Shown here: positions 39,752-49,537 of the stretch, one piece after another
Numbering within the stretch: the stretch's first letter is position 1
Layout of the letters: each line of letters starts with the position of its first letter
Origin: Limnothrix sp. BL-A-16
GTDB taxonomy: Bacteria > Cyanobacteriota > Cyanobacteriia > CACIAM-69d
NCBI GenBank assembly: GCA_041937175.2
Contig: CP166615.1
Location: 160,001 to 224,000 of the forward strand
Direction: 5' to 3'
Length of the DNA stretch: 64,000 nt
The notes under the pieces: generated by a model
The model's input: only the letters and a program-made list of their open reading frames with translations
Told to the model about the DNA's origin: nothing
Database searches by the model: none
Translations under genes and position numbers: made by a program

Positions 39752-40216
39752 CTACTCGGCCCCGTCGGCCAGGCGCACCCGTTCCACCAAATCGCGCGGA
39801 ATGCTGATCACTCGGCCTTTTTGATTGATGCGCAGGGTTTCCGCGTCGCGATCGAGCAAGCTGCCCTGCCAAAGGGATTTGCCCTTGTGTGGCTCGCGGG
39901 TGGTGACGGTGACTTCAAACCCCTTGAAGGAGGTGAACTCCCGATCGGTCTCCAAAAATTCCGACAGGCCAGGGCTAGACACTTCCAGCACGTAGGCTCC
40001 GGGGATGGCATCCGCCTCATCGAGCACCGGCTCCAAGGCCCGGCTCAACCGTTCGCAGTCGTCCAGACTGGTATCGGCGATCGGGTTGCGAAGTTCGAGG
40101 CGCAAAACAGGGGGGCTTTCGTTGGTGTGGAAGGTTGCCCCCACGATCTCCAGTCCCAAATCGGTGGCGATCGGGGTGGCCAGTTCCAAAATGCGGGGAA
40201 TTGCGGGATGAGCCAT
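39752..40216 (-). CDS. rimP: Ribosome maturation factor RimP
   Basis: SLDDCERLSR and YVLEVSSPG; first gene of the rimP-nusA-ylxR-infB operon. Confidence 0.93.
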   Translation of the reverse strand: MAHPAIPRILELATPIATDLGLEIVGATFHTNESPPVLRLELRNPIADTSLDDCERLSRALEPVLDEADAIPGAYVLEVSSPGLSEFLETDREFTSFKGFEVTVTTREPHKGKSLWQGSLLDRDAETLRINQKGRVISIPRDLVERVRLADGAE

Positions 40217-40922
40217 GAAACCAAACGATAGAGCGGGCAATCGGCCCCAACCGCATGATCAGTGATCTGGCCCGAAGGGAAATGGGGCCGATCGCGCTTG
40301 CGGATCTGTCCCCAGAATCGTGCCTAAGTATCGTGCCTAAGTAACGACGCTCTGAGATGAATCCGGCAAGATCACCGTTGGGGAAATTGCCCTTGAGTGA
40401 GGGCATGGGGCGTGGTCAGACAGAGCACCAAGCATCAAAGTGCAGAGCCATGCTGATCACAACCCATGGAGGGAGCTGATCCCCATTGGGCCATAAAAAA
40501 AGCCGGTTCACTGTACCGACTTGCAACGCGCCAATTGACCTTTCCTTGCCGCTGGCCGGGAAAGGCTGGTGGGCAAAGGCTGGAGGCGATGGGTCTAGAC
40601 ACCCGCACAGCAGCCGCAACCGAACGCAAGGGAGGTTGAGATGCTGCTGTGGTGGGGCCTGGGGCCCAAGCGTTTGCGGTTGCCGCACTGTTGCCCCAAG
40701 CCCGAAGCGGGAAGCCAAGGCTCAAAGCCGGGGGCTTGGGGAATAGCTAGGCAGCGCTTGCCTCAGTCTATCACGGAAGAATTACGGAAGAATTTGGGCC
40801 TCAAGCCCCGCCTTTTTAGGCGTGCTCAATTCGCTGAACTGGATTCGTTGAGCTGGATTGACCGAACTAAACCCAATTAGCCTGCATGAATTGGGTTGAT
40901 TCGGATCAGGGAGCGGGAACAG

Positions 40923-42452
40923 CTAGGCTTGGCTGGCTCCATCTACCCCCAACACCCGTCGCAGGGCCGCCAATTGGGCATGGGCTTTCGAGAGCGATTC
41001 CCACCACTCCCGATCGGGGTCGGAGTCGGCCACAATCCCCGCGCCCACCTGGCCCCAAACCAGTCGATCGCCCAATGGCGAATCCCCCGATCGTTCCGTG
41101 CGGGGAATCAACAGCGTCCGAATCAGAATATTCAAATCCAAATTCCCGCTCGCGTCTAGGTAACCACAGGAGCCATAGAACAGACTGCGGCGCACCGGCT
41201 CCAGGGCTTCAATGATTTCCATGCAGCGCACCTTCGGACAACCGGTGATTGTGCCGCCGGGGAAGGTGGCCCGAATCAGGTCGATCGCCGTGCGATCGGG
41301 TGCAAGTTGCCCCACCACGTTGCTCACCAAGTGCATCACGTGGCTGTAGCGCTCCACGGTCAAGAACTCATCTACCTGCACAGTGCCCCAATCGCAAACC
41401 CGCCCCAGGTCATTGCGCTCCAAATCCACCAACATGGCATGTTCAGCCCGTTCCTTGGGGTGATTCAGCAATTCCACCTCGTTGGCCAAATCAGCGGGGC
41501 GATCGATCCCCCGGGGGCGGGTTCCCGCGATCGGGCGAGTGCTGGCCTGGCGATCACGCAATTGCACCAACCGCTCCGGTGAACAGCTCACCACCTCACC
41601 CCAAGGGGTTTGCCAATAGCTGGCGAAGGGAGAGGGATTAATTTGGCGCAGGGCCTGATAAAGCGTCCAACCGCTGGCGGGGCAAGGAACCGAAAACCGC
41701 AGGGACAAATTAGCCTGGAAAATATCCCCCGCGCGGATGTGCTCTTGGGCCTGGCGAACGGCGGCAGTATAGGCGGTCTGGTCGCTGGTGAACTGAGGAT
41801 TGAGGCTGTTGGTTGGCGCGATCGCCCCGGTTGGTTCCGCCAGCGGGGGTGTTGTGGCAGCTTTGTCTAGCTGGGCCGCGAGCCGATCGAGATCCGCCGC
41901 CACCGTCGCCGCCAGCCACAGCCGATCGCCCCCGTGATCCAACACCGCAAAGCAATCTGGCTCATACCAAAAGGCCACGGGAAACGGCAACTCGTCCGAT
42001 CTCAATTGGGGCAACTGCTCCACCTCCCAAGCCAGGTCATAGCCCAGCCACCCCAGCCAGCCTCCCCGAAACGGCAACGCTGGCCCCGGTTCATCCGGAG
42101 AAGCATTCAGCCGCTCCGCTGCCCCGCCTTCCGCCAGTCGATCGCCCAACATGGGCAAAATGTCCCCCACTGTCGGAGTCCAAACCCGTCCCGATCGGGG
42201 ACGACCCGCACAAATCGAATAGCGTGCCAACTCCTGGGCCGCCGCACACCACCGCTCCGGCGCAGGGGGACTTTCCAACAAAACTGCAATTTCCCCCCGG
42301 GCTAGCTCCTCCGCAAACAGGGCCGCAAATACCGCCGCCCCCGAGCGATCGGCCAGCGGGAGCGATCGCCAGTGCCAGGGAGCTAACGGCCGGGCCGCTA
42401 ATTCCGCCAAGCCAGAATTCACCGTTGCGATCACTGAAGCCGCCGAATTCAT
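40923..42452 (-). CDS. Anthranilate synthase component I family / aminodeoxychorismate synthase component I (PabB-like)
   Basis: GDIFQANLS, SPERL, RPIAGTRPR, EHAMLVDLERND and FPGGTITGCPK; start codon uncertain. Confidence 0.88.
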   Translation of the reverse strand: MNSAASVIATVNSGLAELAARPLAPWHWRSLPLADRSGAAVFAALFAEELARGEIAVLLESPPAPERWCAAAQELARYSICAGRPRSGRVWTPTVGDILPMLGDRLAEGGAAERLNASPDEPGPALPFRGGWLGWLGYDLAWEVEQLPQLRSDELPFPVAFWYEPDCFAVLDHGGDRLWLAATVAADLDRLAAQLDKAATTPPLAEPTGAIAPTNSLNPQFTSDQTAYTAAVRQAQEHIRAGDIFQANLSLRFSVPCPASGWTLYQALRQINPSPFASYWQTPWGEVVSCSPERLVQLRDRQASTRPIAGTRPRGIDRPADLANEVELLNHPKERAEHAMLVDLERNDLGRVCDWGTVQVDEFLTVERYSHVMHLVSNVVGQLAPDRTAIDLIRATFPGGTITGCPKVRCMEIIEALEPVRRSLFYGSCGYLDASGNLDLNILIRTLLIPRTERSGDSPLGDRLVWGQVGAGIVADSDPDREWWESLSKAHAQLAALRRVLGVDGASQA

Positions 42453-42610
42453 CCAGTTGATACCTGTCGATTTTTGTGGAATCGCTCTATTTTGAAAGAC
42501 TTTACCGATACTTTTCGGCAATTTTTCGGCTCGCCATTCCCCAGGTTCTGCGACGCTCTGCCCCGATTGCCCCAGAACCTGTCCCGATCGAGACCATGCT
42601 GGCCCAAGCA

Positions 42611-42646
42611 AAAACGGAGGATTCCTTCAGGGAAACCCTCCGTTTT
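42611..42646 (-). terminator. Terminator after the first PEP-CTERM gene
   Basis: AAAACGGAGG...CCTCCGTTTT hairpin with T-runs on both strands. Confidence 0.65.
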
Positions 42647-42756
42647 GAGTTGGTTAAGCTCACCGAATCAACTCAGCTAAAACTTCCAAACAGGACTCGG
42701 CCCAGTCAACGGGCAGAATTTAGCGATGGATCCGCGATCAACCGTTGAACCGTTCT

Positions 42757-43665
42757 TTAGCCGACTTTCACCGTAGTCCGTTGCCGACGGCTGGCCACCG
42801 CAGCGCCCACAGCCGCCAAACCCAACAGGGAAATCGGTTCCGGCGTGGATGCTTCCTTCTTCGGAGCCAAATTGCCCCGCACAGCCATCCCATCGTTCAG
42901 GCATTCTGCGAAAACGTGGGCCACAAAGTCACCCACCATCCCTTCGCCCCGGGTGAACTTAAAGCCAAATGTCTGGCGAGTTGCGCCACCCGCATCGCTT
43001 TGGACCGGCGTTGCACCACCCAGCGCACCATTCAGGTTAAAGCCCAAAGCCGACAAGGCCGCGCCATCAAGTGCTTCAAACACTGACCCTACCACCTGTT
43101 GTCCTTGGGTAATCACACCCAAAGAAGCGTCTTTGAAGTAGGTCTTGGCTTCCGCATCGGTCAGCTCACCCGCACTGGGCAAACCACCGCGATCGCTCAC
43201 ATGCTTCGACTGCTCGGCGTAGGAACCGAACCCTTGGTTACTCGTACCAACGTTTTTGCCCGAAACGGCACTGTACAGACCCAAAGGTGTCACCGCTGCG
43301 TCATTATTGCTAGCGAAGCGCACCCCAAACAGGCTGCCTTGAGCGTTCAGCAGCGGGTTACCGGTGAAGTTAAAGAACAAGTCGCCCCAGGCGATCGAAC
43401 CGTTGGTGACTCCGCCGGTTGCCATCCCCGTCAGCGGCAGGCGGGCATCAATTCCCACATAGATGGTCTCGCCATCTTGCTTGATCCCCAGACCATACAT
43501 TTCAAACAGGCCGCCGACGTTGCCGTTGCTCACGCCATCTTTGAAGGAGTCGATCCCATAATTCCAGCCGTTATAGACCGTGCCTGCGCTGGCTGCTTGT
43601 AGTCCCATTCCGAAAGTGCAGAGGGTGGCAGTGGCAACACCGGCAAAGATTTGCTGAATTTTCAT
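42757..43665 (-). CDS. PEP-CTERM exosortase-sorted surface protein (XDD3-like family), paralog 1
   Basis: Signal peptide; YNGWNYGIDSF, WGDLFFNF and FAECLNDG; C-terminal TPEPISLLGLAAVGAAVASRRQR. Confidence 0.88.
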   Translation of the reverse strand: MKIQQIFAGVATATLCTFGMGLQAASAGTVYNGWNYGIDSFKDGVSNGNVGGLFEMYGLGIKQDGETIYVGIDARLPLTGMATGGVTNGSIAWGDLFFNFTGNPLLNAQGSLFGVRFASNNDAAVTPLGLYSAVSGKNVGTSNQGFGSYAEQSKHVSDRGGLPSAGELTDAEAKTYFKDASLGVITQGQQVVGSVFEALDGAALSALGFNLNGALGGATPVQSDAGGATRQTFGFKFTRGEGMVGDFVAHVFAECLNDGMAVRGNLAPKKEASTPEPISLLGLAAVGAAVASRRQRTTVKVG

Positions 43666-43786
43666 GGTCTTTAACGCTCCCAAAAGACGTTGTAGTGGAG
43701 TGAAATGCGGTTAATCATCCTGCTCAACTGAATTTTGAGCCTGCTTTTTGCTGGTTGGATGGTCAACATCGGATGTGCTTGTTATG

Positions 43787-43865
43787 TTCATTAAAGTCAT
43801 AACTTCCGGAAAAAATTTTAAAGATTCTGTGAATTCAACTTTTACTTAATGAAGCTGCGATGAAA
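43787..43865 (-). promoter_or_regulatory. Conserved upstream block of PEP-CTERM paralog 1
   Basis: Aligns without gaps to 45092-45170 (blocks ATTAAAG, AAGATT..TGAATT, ATGAAGCT.CGAT.AAA). Confidence 0.55.
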
Positions 43866-43955
43866 AGTTCCGTTTAGCTATCGGACCGTTCCTCAATTCC
43901 CTGCGGGATCAAAATTTTAATGATTTTTCAAGAACGCCAAACTCTCAGCTCAAAA

Positions 43956-44010
43956 CAACTGGGGCGATGAGCTGGCTTTTGGGAAACTGCCGCTCGATCG
44001 CCCCGAGTTG
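43956..44010 (-). terminator. Stem-loop between the PEP-CTERM paralogs
   Basis: CAACTGGGGCGAT...ATCGCCCCGAGTTG, followed by TTTT on the minus strand. Confidence 0.5.
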
Positions 44011-44096
44011 ATGGATTGCTGAATTTCGTCGGGTATGGCTCAGGCGAAAACTCAGCCAAGGTTGCCAAGATCAGCCAGTTAAATCAGCCGGTTCAA

Positions 44097-44996
44097 TTAA
44101 CCAACCTTCGCCGCACGGTAGCGACGAGTGGCCACCGCAGCGCCCACAGCCGCCAGACCCAACAGGGAAACGGGTTCCGGCGTGGGTTCCGGCTTCGGTG
44201 CAAAGTTGCCCCGCACAGCCATCCCATCGTTCAAACATTCTGCGAAGACGTGGGCCACAAAGTCACCCACCATCCCTTCGCCCCGGGTGAACTTAAAGCC
44301 AAAGGTTTGCCGTTTTGCACCGTTGGCATTGCTTTCCGGGGGCTTGGCACCATTCAACGCGCCATTCAGGTTAAAGCCCAAGGCCGACAGGGTGGCGCTG
44401 TCGAGGGATTCAAACACCGATTCCACCACCTGTTGTCCTTTGCTGATCACGTTCAGCGATGCGTCTTTGAAATAAACCTTGGCTTCCGCGTCGGTCAGTT
44501 CGCCCATGCCAGCGATGCCCTTAGCACCGGTCACGTATTTTGACTGATCCGCATAGGATGCAAACCCACGGTTTTGGCTGGCAACGTTCTTGCCGCTGAC
44601 TTGGCTGTAAAGACCCAAAGGCTTCACCGTTGAATCGTTGGTGCTGGCGAAGCGAACGCCGAACAGATTTCCTTGGGCATTCAGCAGCGGGTTGCCACTG
44701 AAGTTAAAGAACATGTCGCCCCAGGTGATGGACTTGTTGAGTGCGCCGTTATCGAGCTGACCGGTAATGGGTAACCGTGCATCGATACCGACGTAGATGG
44801 TTTCGCCGTCTTGCTTAATTCCGAAGCCATACATTTCAAACATTCCACCCAAAGAGCCGCTCACGCCGTCTTTGAAGGAATCAATGCCGTAATTCCAGCC
44901 GTTGTAAACCGTGCCTGCATGGGCTGCTTGCAAACCAACGCCTAGGGTGCAGAGGGTGGCGGTTGCGATGCTGGCTAAAAGTTGTTGAGGTTTCAT
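44097..44996 (-). CDS. PEP-CTERM exosortase-sorted surface protein (XDD3-like family), paralog 2
   Basis: Highly similar to 42757-43665; ends TPEPVSLLGLAAVGAAVATRRYR. Confidence 0.88.
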   Translation of the reverse strand: MKPQQLLASIATATLCTLGVGLQAAHAGTVYNGWNYGIDSFKDGVSGSLGGMFEMYGFGIKQDGETIYVGIDARLPITGQLDNGALNKSITWGDMFFNFSGNPLLNAQGNLFGVRFASTNDSTVKPLGLYSQVSGKNVASQNRGFASYADQSKYVTGAKGIAGMGELTDAEAKVYFKDASLNVISKGQQVVESVFESLDSATLSALGFNLNGALNGAKPPESNANGAKRQTFGFKFTRGEGMVGDFVAHVFAECLNDGMAVRGNFAPKPEPTPEPVSLLGLAAVGAAVATRRYRAAKVG

Positions 44997-45091
44997 GGGG
45001 TCTCACTCCTAAGAAGCGGTTGATGAAGCGGCGTTGATTTATTGAGGTTGCACCCTGGTTACTGGCTGGGTAACTTTTTCATCAATCTAGT

Positions 45092-45170
45092 TTTATTAAA
45101 GAGGTAATCTCTTGGTTTGACGTTGAAGATTAAATGAATTGCGGCTGTTCTTGATGAAGCTACGATAAAA
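45092..45170 (-). promoter_or_regulatory. Conserved upstream block of PEP-CTERM paralog 2
   Basis: Same motif spacing as 43787-43865. Confidence 0.55.
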
Positions 45171-45651
45171 ACTCGCAAACCCTTGAAAAACAAGGAATTT
45201 GGCAGGAGCACGCTAAATAATTAAAGATTTGAAGAAGCGGTGTAAAAAATGCAACTTCTTCTGGAAAAGCTAAGGTTAGGATAATTCTGGAATGATTCAT
45301 TTTGTGATAATGAATAAGCTTCAAAGAGGTTTATTGAGACAAATTACTAATATAGAACCATTCGAGCTATTGTGATGAATTATAAAAGCCAGTCAATGGC
45401 CAGGATTATTGCTCTAAATTGCAAAGAAATTCCTAGGATAATTTTAAACTTGTAAAGATAATTATTCTTGGAATGATTCGGAATTTTTATTACATCACTC
45501 TTGCAAATTGACGAATGGAAAAAATTGACTAGATTTTATTAAATTTAAATAGCTTTTGCCGGATGTGGAGACTGGAGATAGAAAAACGGTGGTTTTGTCT
45601 TGACGTTGGGGGCTGGAATCTCGGTATTTTAAGCTCGACGCGATCGAAGGG

Positions 45652-46770
45652 ATGGGGTCTGTGCAGCGAGTTGTTTTGTGTGGCTACTACGGCCAAGGGA
45701 ATGGGGGCGATGAGGCGTTGTTGGCGACGCTGTTGCAATTGCTGCCGATCGGGGTGGAGCCGCTGGTGCTGTCGGGGAACCCTGTGGAAACCCGCGATCG
45801 CTATGGGGTGATGGCGGTGGATCGGATGGATCGATCGGCCCTCTGGGGTGCGTTGCGATCGAGTCAGGCGCTGGTTTGGGGCGGTGGCAGCCTGATGCAA
45901 GATGCCACCAGTTGGGCTAGCCCGCTCTATTACGCGGGGTTGATGGGGGCGGCGCGCCATTGGGGACTGCGGCGGGTGGCTTGGGCCCAGGGAATTGGCC
46001 CGTTGCGGCGTGGATGGGTGAAGGGCATTGCGCGATCGACCTTTCGGGCTTGCGATGGGGTGACGGTGCGCGATCGAGAGTCGGCCCAGTTGCTCAAAAC
46101 CTGGCAAGTCAAGGGATTTGAATTAGCCCCGGATCCGGTTTGGGCCTTGGCTGGCGTGCCGGTGCCGGAGGCTGCGCCGGGCCCCAAGGTGGCGGTGGCC
46201 CTGCGATCGCACCCCAGCCTCACGCCCGATCGCCTGGAAAAATTAGCCCTGGCGCTTGATCGCTTCCAGAGCCAAACCGGTGCTCTGATTGTGTTTGTGC
46301 CCTTCCAGCCGGTCTCCGATGGCGCAATTGCCCAGCGCCTGGCCCAACATCTCGGGCCCGAGCGATCGTGCATTGTTAGCTATAGCGATCCCCGAGAACT
46401 GAAAGGTTTGTTTCAGCAAATGACCCTCACGATCGGGATGCGGCTCCATGCCTTAATCATGGCGGCGGCCGAGGGGTCTCGCTGTTGGGGTCTCAGCTAT
46501 GACCCTAAGGTGCGGGTGTTGCTGGAGTCGGTGGGTGCACCGGGGTGGACTCTCTGCGACGAATCGATCGAGGGCATTGAAGTGAACACGAAAGTTGGCG
46601 CAACACCACAATCATCGCTTGCATCCTTGCCGACGAATCCCGAAGCGATCGCCGCTGCTTGGCTGGCGGCCTATGAACAACCCAACCCGATCGCCCCGGC
46701 TCAGGTGGCTCAGTTGCGCGATCGGGCCCAACTCCACGGGCTAATGTTGGCCCGCGTTCTGCGCGATTAG
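45652..46770 (+). CDS. csaB: Polysaccharide pyruvyl transferase CsaB
   Basis: GYYGQGNGGDEALL, GGGSLMQD, AQGIGP, VRDRES, GMRLHALI and SYDPKV. Confidence 0.92.
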   Translation: MGSVQRVVLCGYYGQGNGGDEALLATLLQLLPIGVEPLVLSGNPVETRDRYGVMAVDRMDRSALWGALRSSQALVWGGGSLMQDATSWASPLYYAGLMGAARHWGLRRVAWAQGIGPLRRGWVKGIARSTFRACDGVTVRDRESAQLLKTWQVKGFELAPDPVWALAGVPVPEAAPGPKVAVALRSHPSLTPDRLEKLALALDRFQSQTGALIVFVPFQPVSDGAIAQRLAQHLGPERSCIVSYSDPRELKGLFQQMTLTIGMRLHALIMAAAEGSRCWGLSYDPKVRVLLESVGAPGWTLCDESIEGIEVNTKVGATPQSSLASLPTNPEAIAAAWLAAYEQPNPIAPAQVAQLRDRAQLHGLMLARVLRD

Positions 46771-46856
46771 TTAATTTCTGAATAGTTAATTTGCAAGTGT
46801 CTTTGCAAGTTTTTGCTGGATTGCTGGTTGGCAAGAAACTCGCCAGGGATGGGCCA

Positions 46857-48527
46857 TTAACTGGCGCTGATTTTGAGTTCGCAAACGCCTGGACAAACTT
46901 CTTTGCATCTGTCTGGATCGGTCGCTTGACCGGTGTCTTGATCGATTTCGTTGCCCACTTCCTCGCAACTTTCGCAGACAGCCCGGGACAGGGCCGCAAC
47001 CCGAAACTGATTGCGGCCGGCATATTTTGCTTGATAAAGAGCCTGATCAGCCCAGCGCAATAGCTCATCAGGGGAACTGTCGGGCAAATGGGGCGAGGCG
47101 ATCGCAAAACCCATGCTCAGGGTGATGTGCTCGCTGACGGAGGATTGGGGATGATCCAGGGCTAACCGGGCGATCGCCTGTTGGATCGTTTGGGCGATCG
47201 CCTTGACCTGCTCTAAGTTAGTGTCCGAAAAAACGATCGCAAACTCCTCGCCCCCATAACGGGCCACCAAGTTGGCTGATTCTGAGACCGCGTGGCTCAA
47301 GGCTCGGGCCACCTGCACCAAACATTCATCTCCCGCTTGGTGGCCATAGGCATCGTTGTATTGCTTGAAGTGATCCACATCGCACAGCCCCACCCCAATC
47401 AGGCAGCGATTTTGGGCTAGGCGTTGCCACTCGCGCAACAGGTAGTGATCAAAGCAGCGGCGGTTGGGGATTTGCGTCAGCCCATCCAGCTTGGCCAACA
47501 CTTCCAGTTGCAGGTTGGCCCGTCGTAATTCCAGTTCCGCTTTTTTGCGCTGAAGCAAAACCCCCATTTGAGCCGCGACGGCTCCCATGAGCTTAATCAG
47601 GCGACCATCACAGGGCATGGCCACGCGGTGAAACAAACAGAGCACCGCCAAAATTTGCCCATTGGCAATGATCGGCACGCTCAAGTTGGTGCGTAGCCCC
47701 GCCCGCAGCACCAGTTCTTGTCGCACAAAAAAGGCATCTTGAATTTTGGTGGCATCCTCAATCCAGAGGGGGCGGCCCGTTTGCCATACACGACCCACCA
47801 CGCCGCGATCGCGCTCAAAGACGAAGGATTGGCTCGCGTCATCAAATTCGCTGAGGGCCAGGTCTGAGATGGCATAGTGCGATCGCGTCATCGCCAGGTG
47901 GTTGCGGTTGGGGTCGGGCATCCAAATTTCGCCATAGTCCCACCCGATCGTGTGATAAACACAGTCCAGCACCGCATGGAATGCCCCTTCAATCTCCGTG
48001 GCTTCCGTAATTGCCTGGGTCAAGGCCAACAAAAGCTGCATCTCCATCTCAACGCGATGGTAGTCCCGCATATCCCGCTGGAGCTGTTGGATTTGTGTTT
48101 GCAGTTCTGTGCGTTGTCGCTGAAGGATGAGTTGTCGCTCTAGCCGAATGATCGCCTCGTGCAAGTGGAGTGGACATTCCAAATAGTCCGCACCACCTAG
48201 CCGAAAGAGCGCAATTCGCTGCTCGGGTTGGCTCATTTGCCCGATCGCCACCCAAGGACAGCCCAGGCTACCCAAGCGCTGGAGCGAGGGGCCCCAAATT
48301 CCCGTGGTTAGGTCGGGCCAAAGGCCGGGCCCAATCACTAACAGATCCAAGGGTTGGAACTGGGGATGTTGCGAACCGTTGTGTAAAACGCTGGACAGGG
48401 CTAATTGTCCGGTCTGGAACCTCACCTGATAGCCTCGGTGGGTCAGGGTTTGGCACAGCTCCCGGAGGGGTTCCGGATGCTCATCAACAATCCAAATTTC
48501 CGCCGACAGCCCAGAACAAAACGACAT
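46857..48527 (-). CDS. Diguanylate cyclase (degenerate REC-GAF-GGDEF)
   Basis: DGLTQIPNRR, DVDHFKQYNDAYGH, RYGGEEF and ADQALYQAK; central GAF domain. Confidence 0.9.
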   Translation of the reverse strand: MSFCSGLSAEIWIVDEHPEPLRELCQTLTHRGYQVRFQTGQLALSSVLHNGSQHPQFQPLDLLVIGPGLWPDLTTGIWGPSLQRLGSLGCPWVAIGQMSQPEQRIALFRLGGADYLECPLHLHEAIIRLERQLILQRQRTELQTQIQQLQRDMRDYHRVEMEMQLLLALTQAITEATEIEGAFHAVLDCVYHTIGWDYGEIWMPDPNRNHLAMTRSHYAISDLALSEFDDASQSFVFERDRGVVGRVWQTGRPLWIEDATKIQDAFFVRQELVLRAGLRTNLSVPIIANGQILAVLCLFHRVAMPCDGRLIKLMGAVAAQMGVLLQRKKAELELRRANLQLEVLAKLDGLTQIPNRRCFDHYLLREWQRLAQNRCLIGVGLCDVDHFKQYNDAYGHQAGDECLVQVARALSHAVSESANLVARYGGEEFAIVFSDTNLEQVKAIAQTIQQAIARLALDHPQSSVSEHITLSMGFAIASPHLPDSSPDELLRWADQALYQAKYAGRNQFRVAALSRAVCESCEEVGNEIDQDTGQATDPDRCKEVCPGVCELKISAS

Positions 48528-48977
48528 TGGCTCATTACAACGGTGGGTTGAGGAAGGCAGAATCGGGAAATTGCAACAAAATATGGAGAAAACTCAGCAG
48601 GCCAAGTGATCCTCTGAGTTCAAACAAAATCTCGAAAACTGAGTGAAACGCCGAAAAAACCGAAAAAACCCTGAGCCAGCTCCAAGAAAATTCCGAGCAA
48701 ACGCCGAAAATCTCCCAAAAAAGTGCCTAAAATCCTGGGTTGAAGCGATGCGCCTGTTAACTAAGAAAGGGCGATCGCCCGGCGGATCTTCAAAATAGCA
48801 ATTCATCCCGATGAGTCACCCAACGGCTTGATCCATCGGGATTAATGTTGGGATTGATCAGGAATCGACGAAAATCGATCCGCTGAAGTTCTAAGATAAC
48901 CGTCTCTTTGGCTGTTGGGCCTTCAGGGTATGTCTGGAAAGCGCAATCTGAAAGACCCAACCTAATTGAGTCCCGCT

Positions 48978-49343
48978 TCAGGATTCAGGTTCCAGTCCCA
49001 AAATGCCAAAGAGGCTGTGCAAGCCACTGGAGGCGATCGCGAGGACGATCGAACCAATCAGGGCGGGAATGAAGCCCTCGATCGCAAAACCAGTGGGGCT
49101 GAAATAGGCCACCAGCATTAGGCAAAAGGCATTAATCACCAAGGAAAAGAGGCCCAAGGACAGAATGTTCAGCGGCAAGGTGAACAAGAACAGAATGGGG
49201 CGCACGGTGGCGTTAATTAGCCCAAAAATCAGAGCGGCGATCGCGGCGGTGGTCCAGCCTGCCAAATGAATGCCGGGGACGAGTTGTGCCGTCAGGGCCA
49301 GGGCCAGGGCCGAAATGATCCAAGTGATGATGAAGCGTTGCAT
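48978..49343 (-). CDS. YvlD/DUF360 'phage holin family' 4-TM membrane protein
   Basis: GLINATVRPILFLFTLPLNILSLGLFSLVINA motif. Confidence 0.85.
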   Translation of the reverse strand: MQRFIITWIISALALALTAQLVPGIHLAGWTTAAIAALIFGLINATVRPILFLFTLPLNILSLGLFSLVINAFCLMLVAYFSPTGFAIEGFIPALIGSIVLAIASSGLHSLFGILGLEPES

Positions 49344-49537
49344 GATGTGAGTTTTAACTCCTCTGCGGTCTCCGGGGCGACCCTGAGCGAGGCCATGGCA
49401 GCACTGGCGGGGCGATCGGGGCCGGCCGTTTGTGCTTCCATCCTAGTGGCTTGGTTGGCGTTGGTGAGCGTTGGGATTGGTCGCAAAGACCGCTAATCTA
49501 ATAGGGAGAATCCCGCCATGGGCAGGGCCTGGAAGCC

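Noticed and set aside
38106..39872. Long N-terminal extensions in the ORF track for NusA, RsmH, PabB-like, USP, MBL and UvrB
   Set aside because: Family-typical N-termini begin at downstream ATGs, so the extensions are artefacts of calling the longest ORF
48978..49343. 'Phage holin' as evidence of a prophage
   Set aside because: YvlD/DUF360 proteins are common stand-alone chromosomal genes, and no phage genes are nearby
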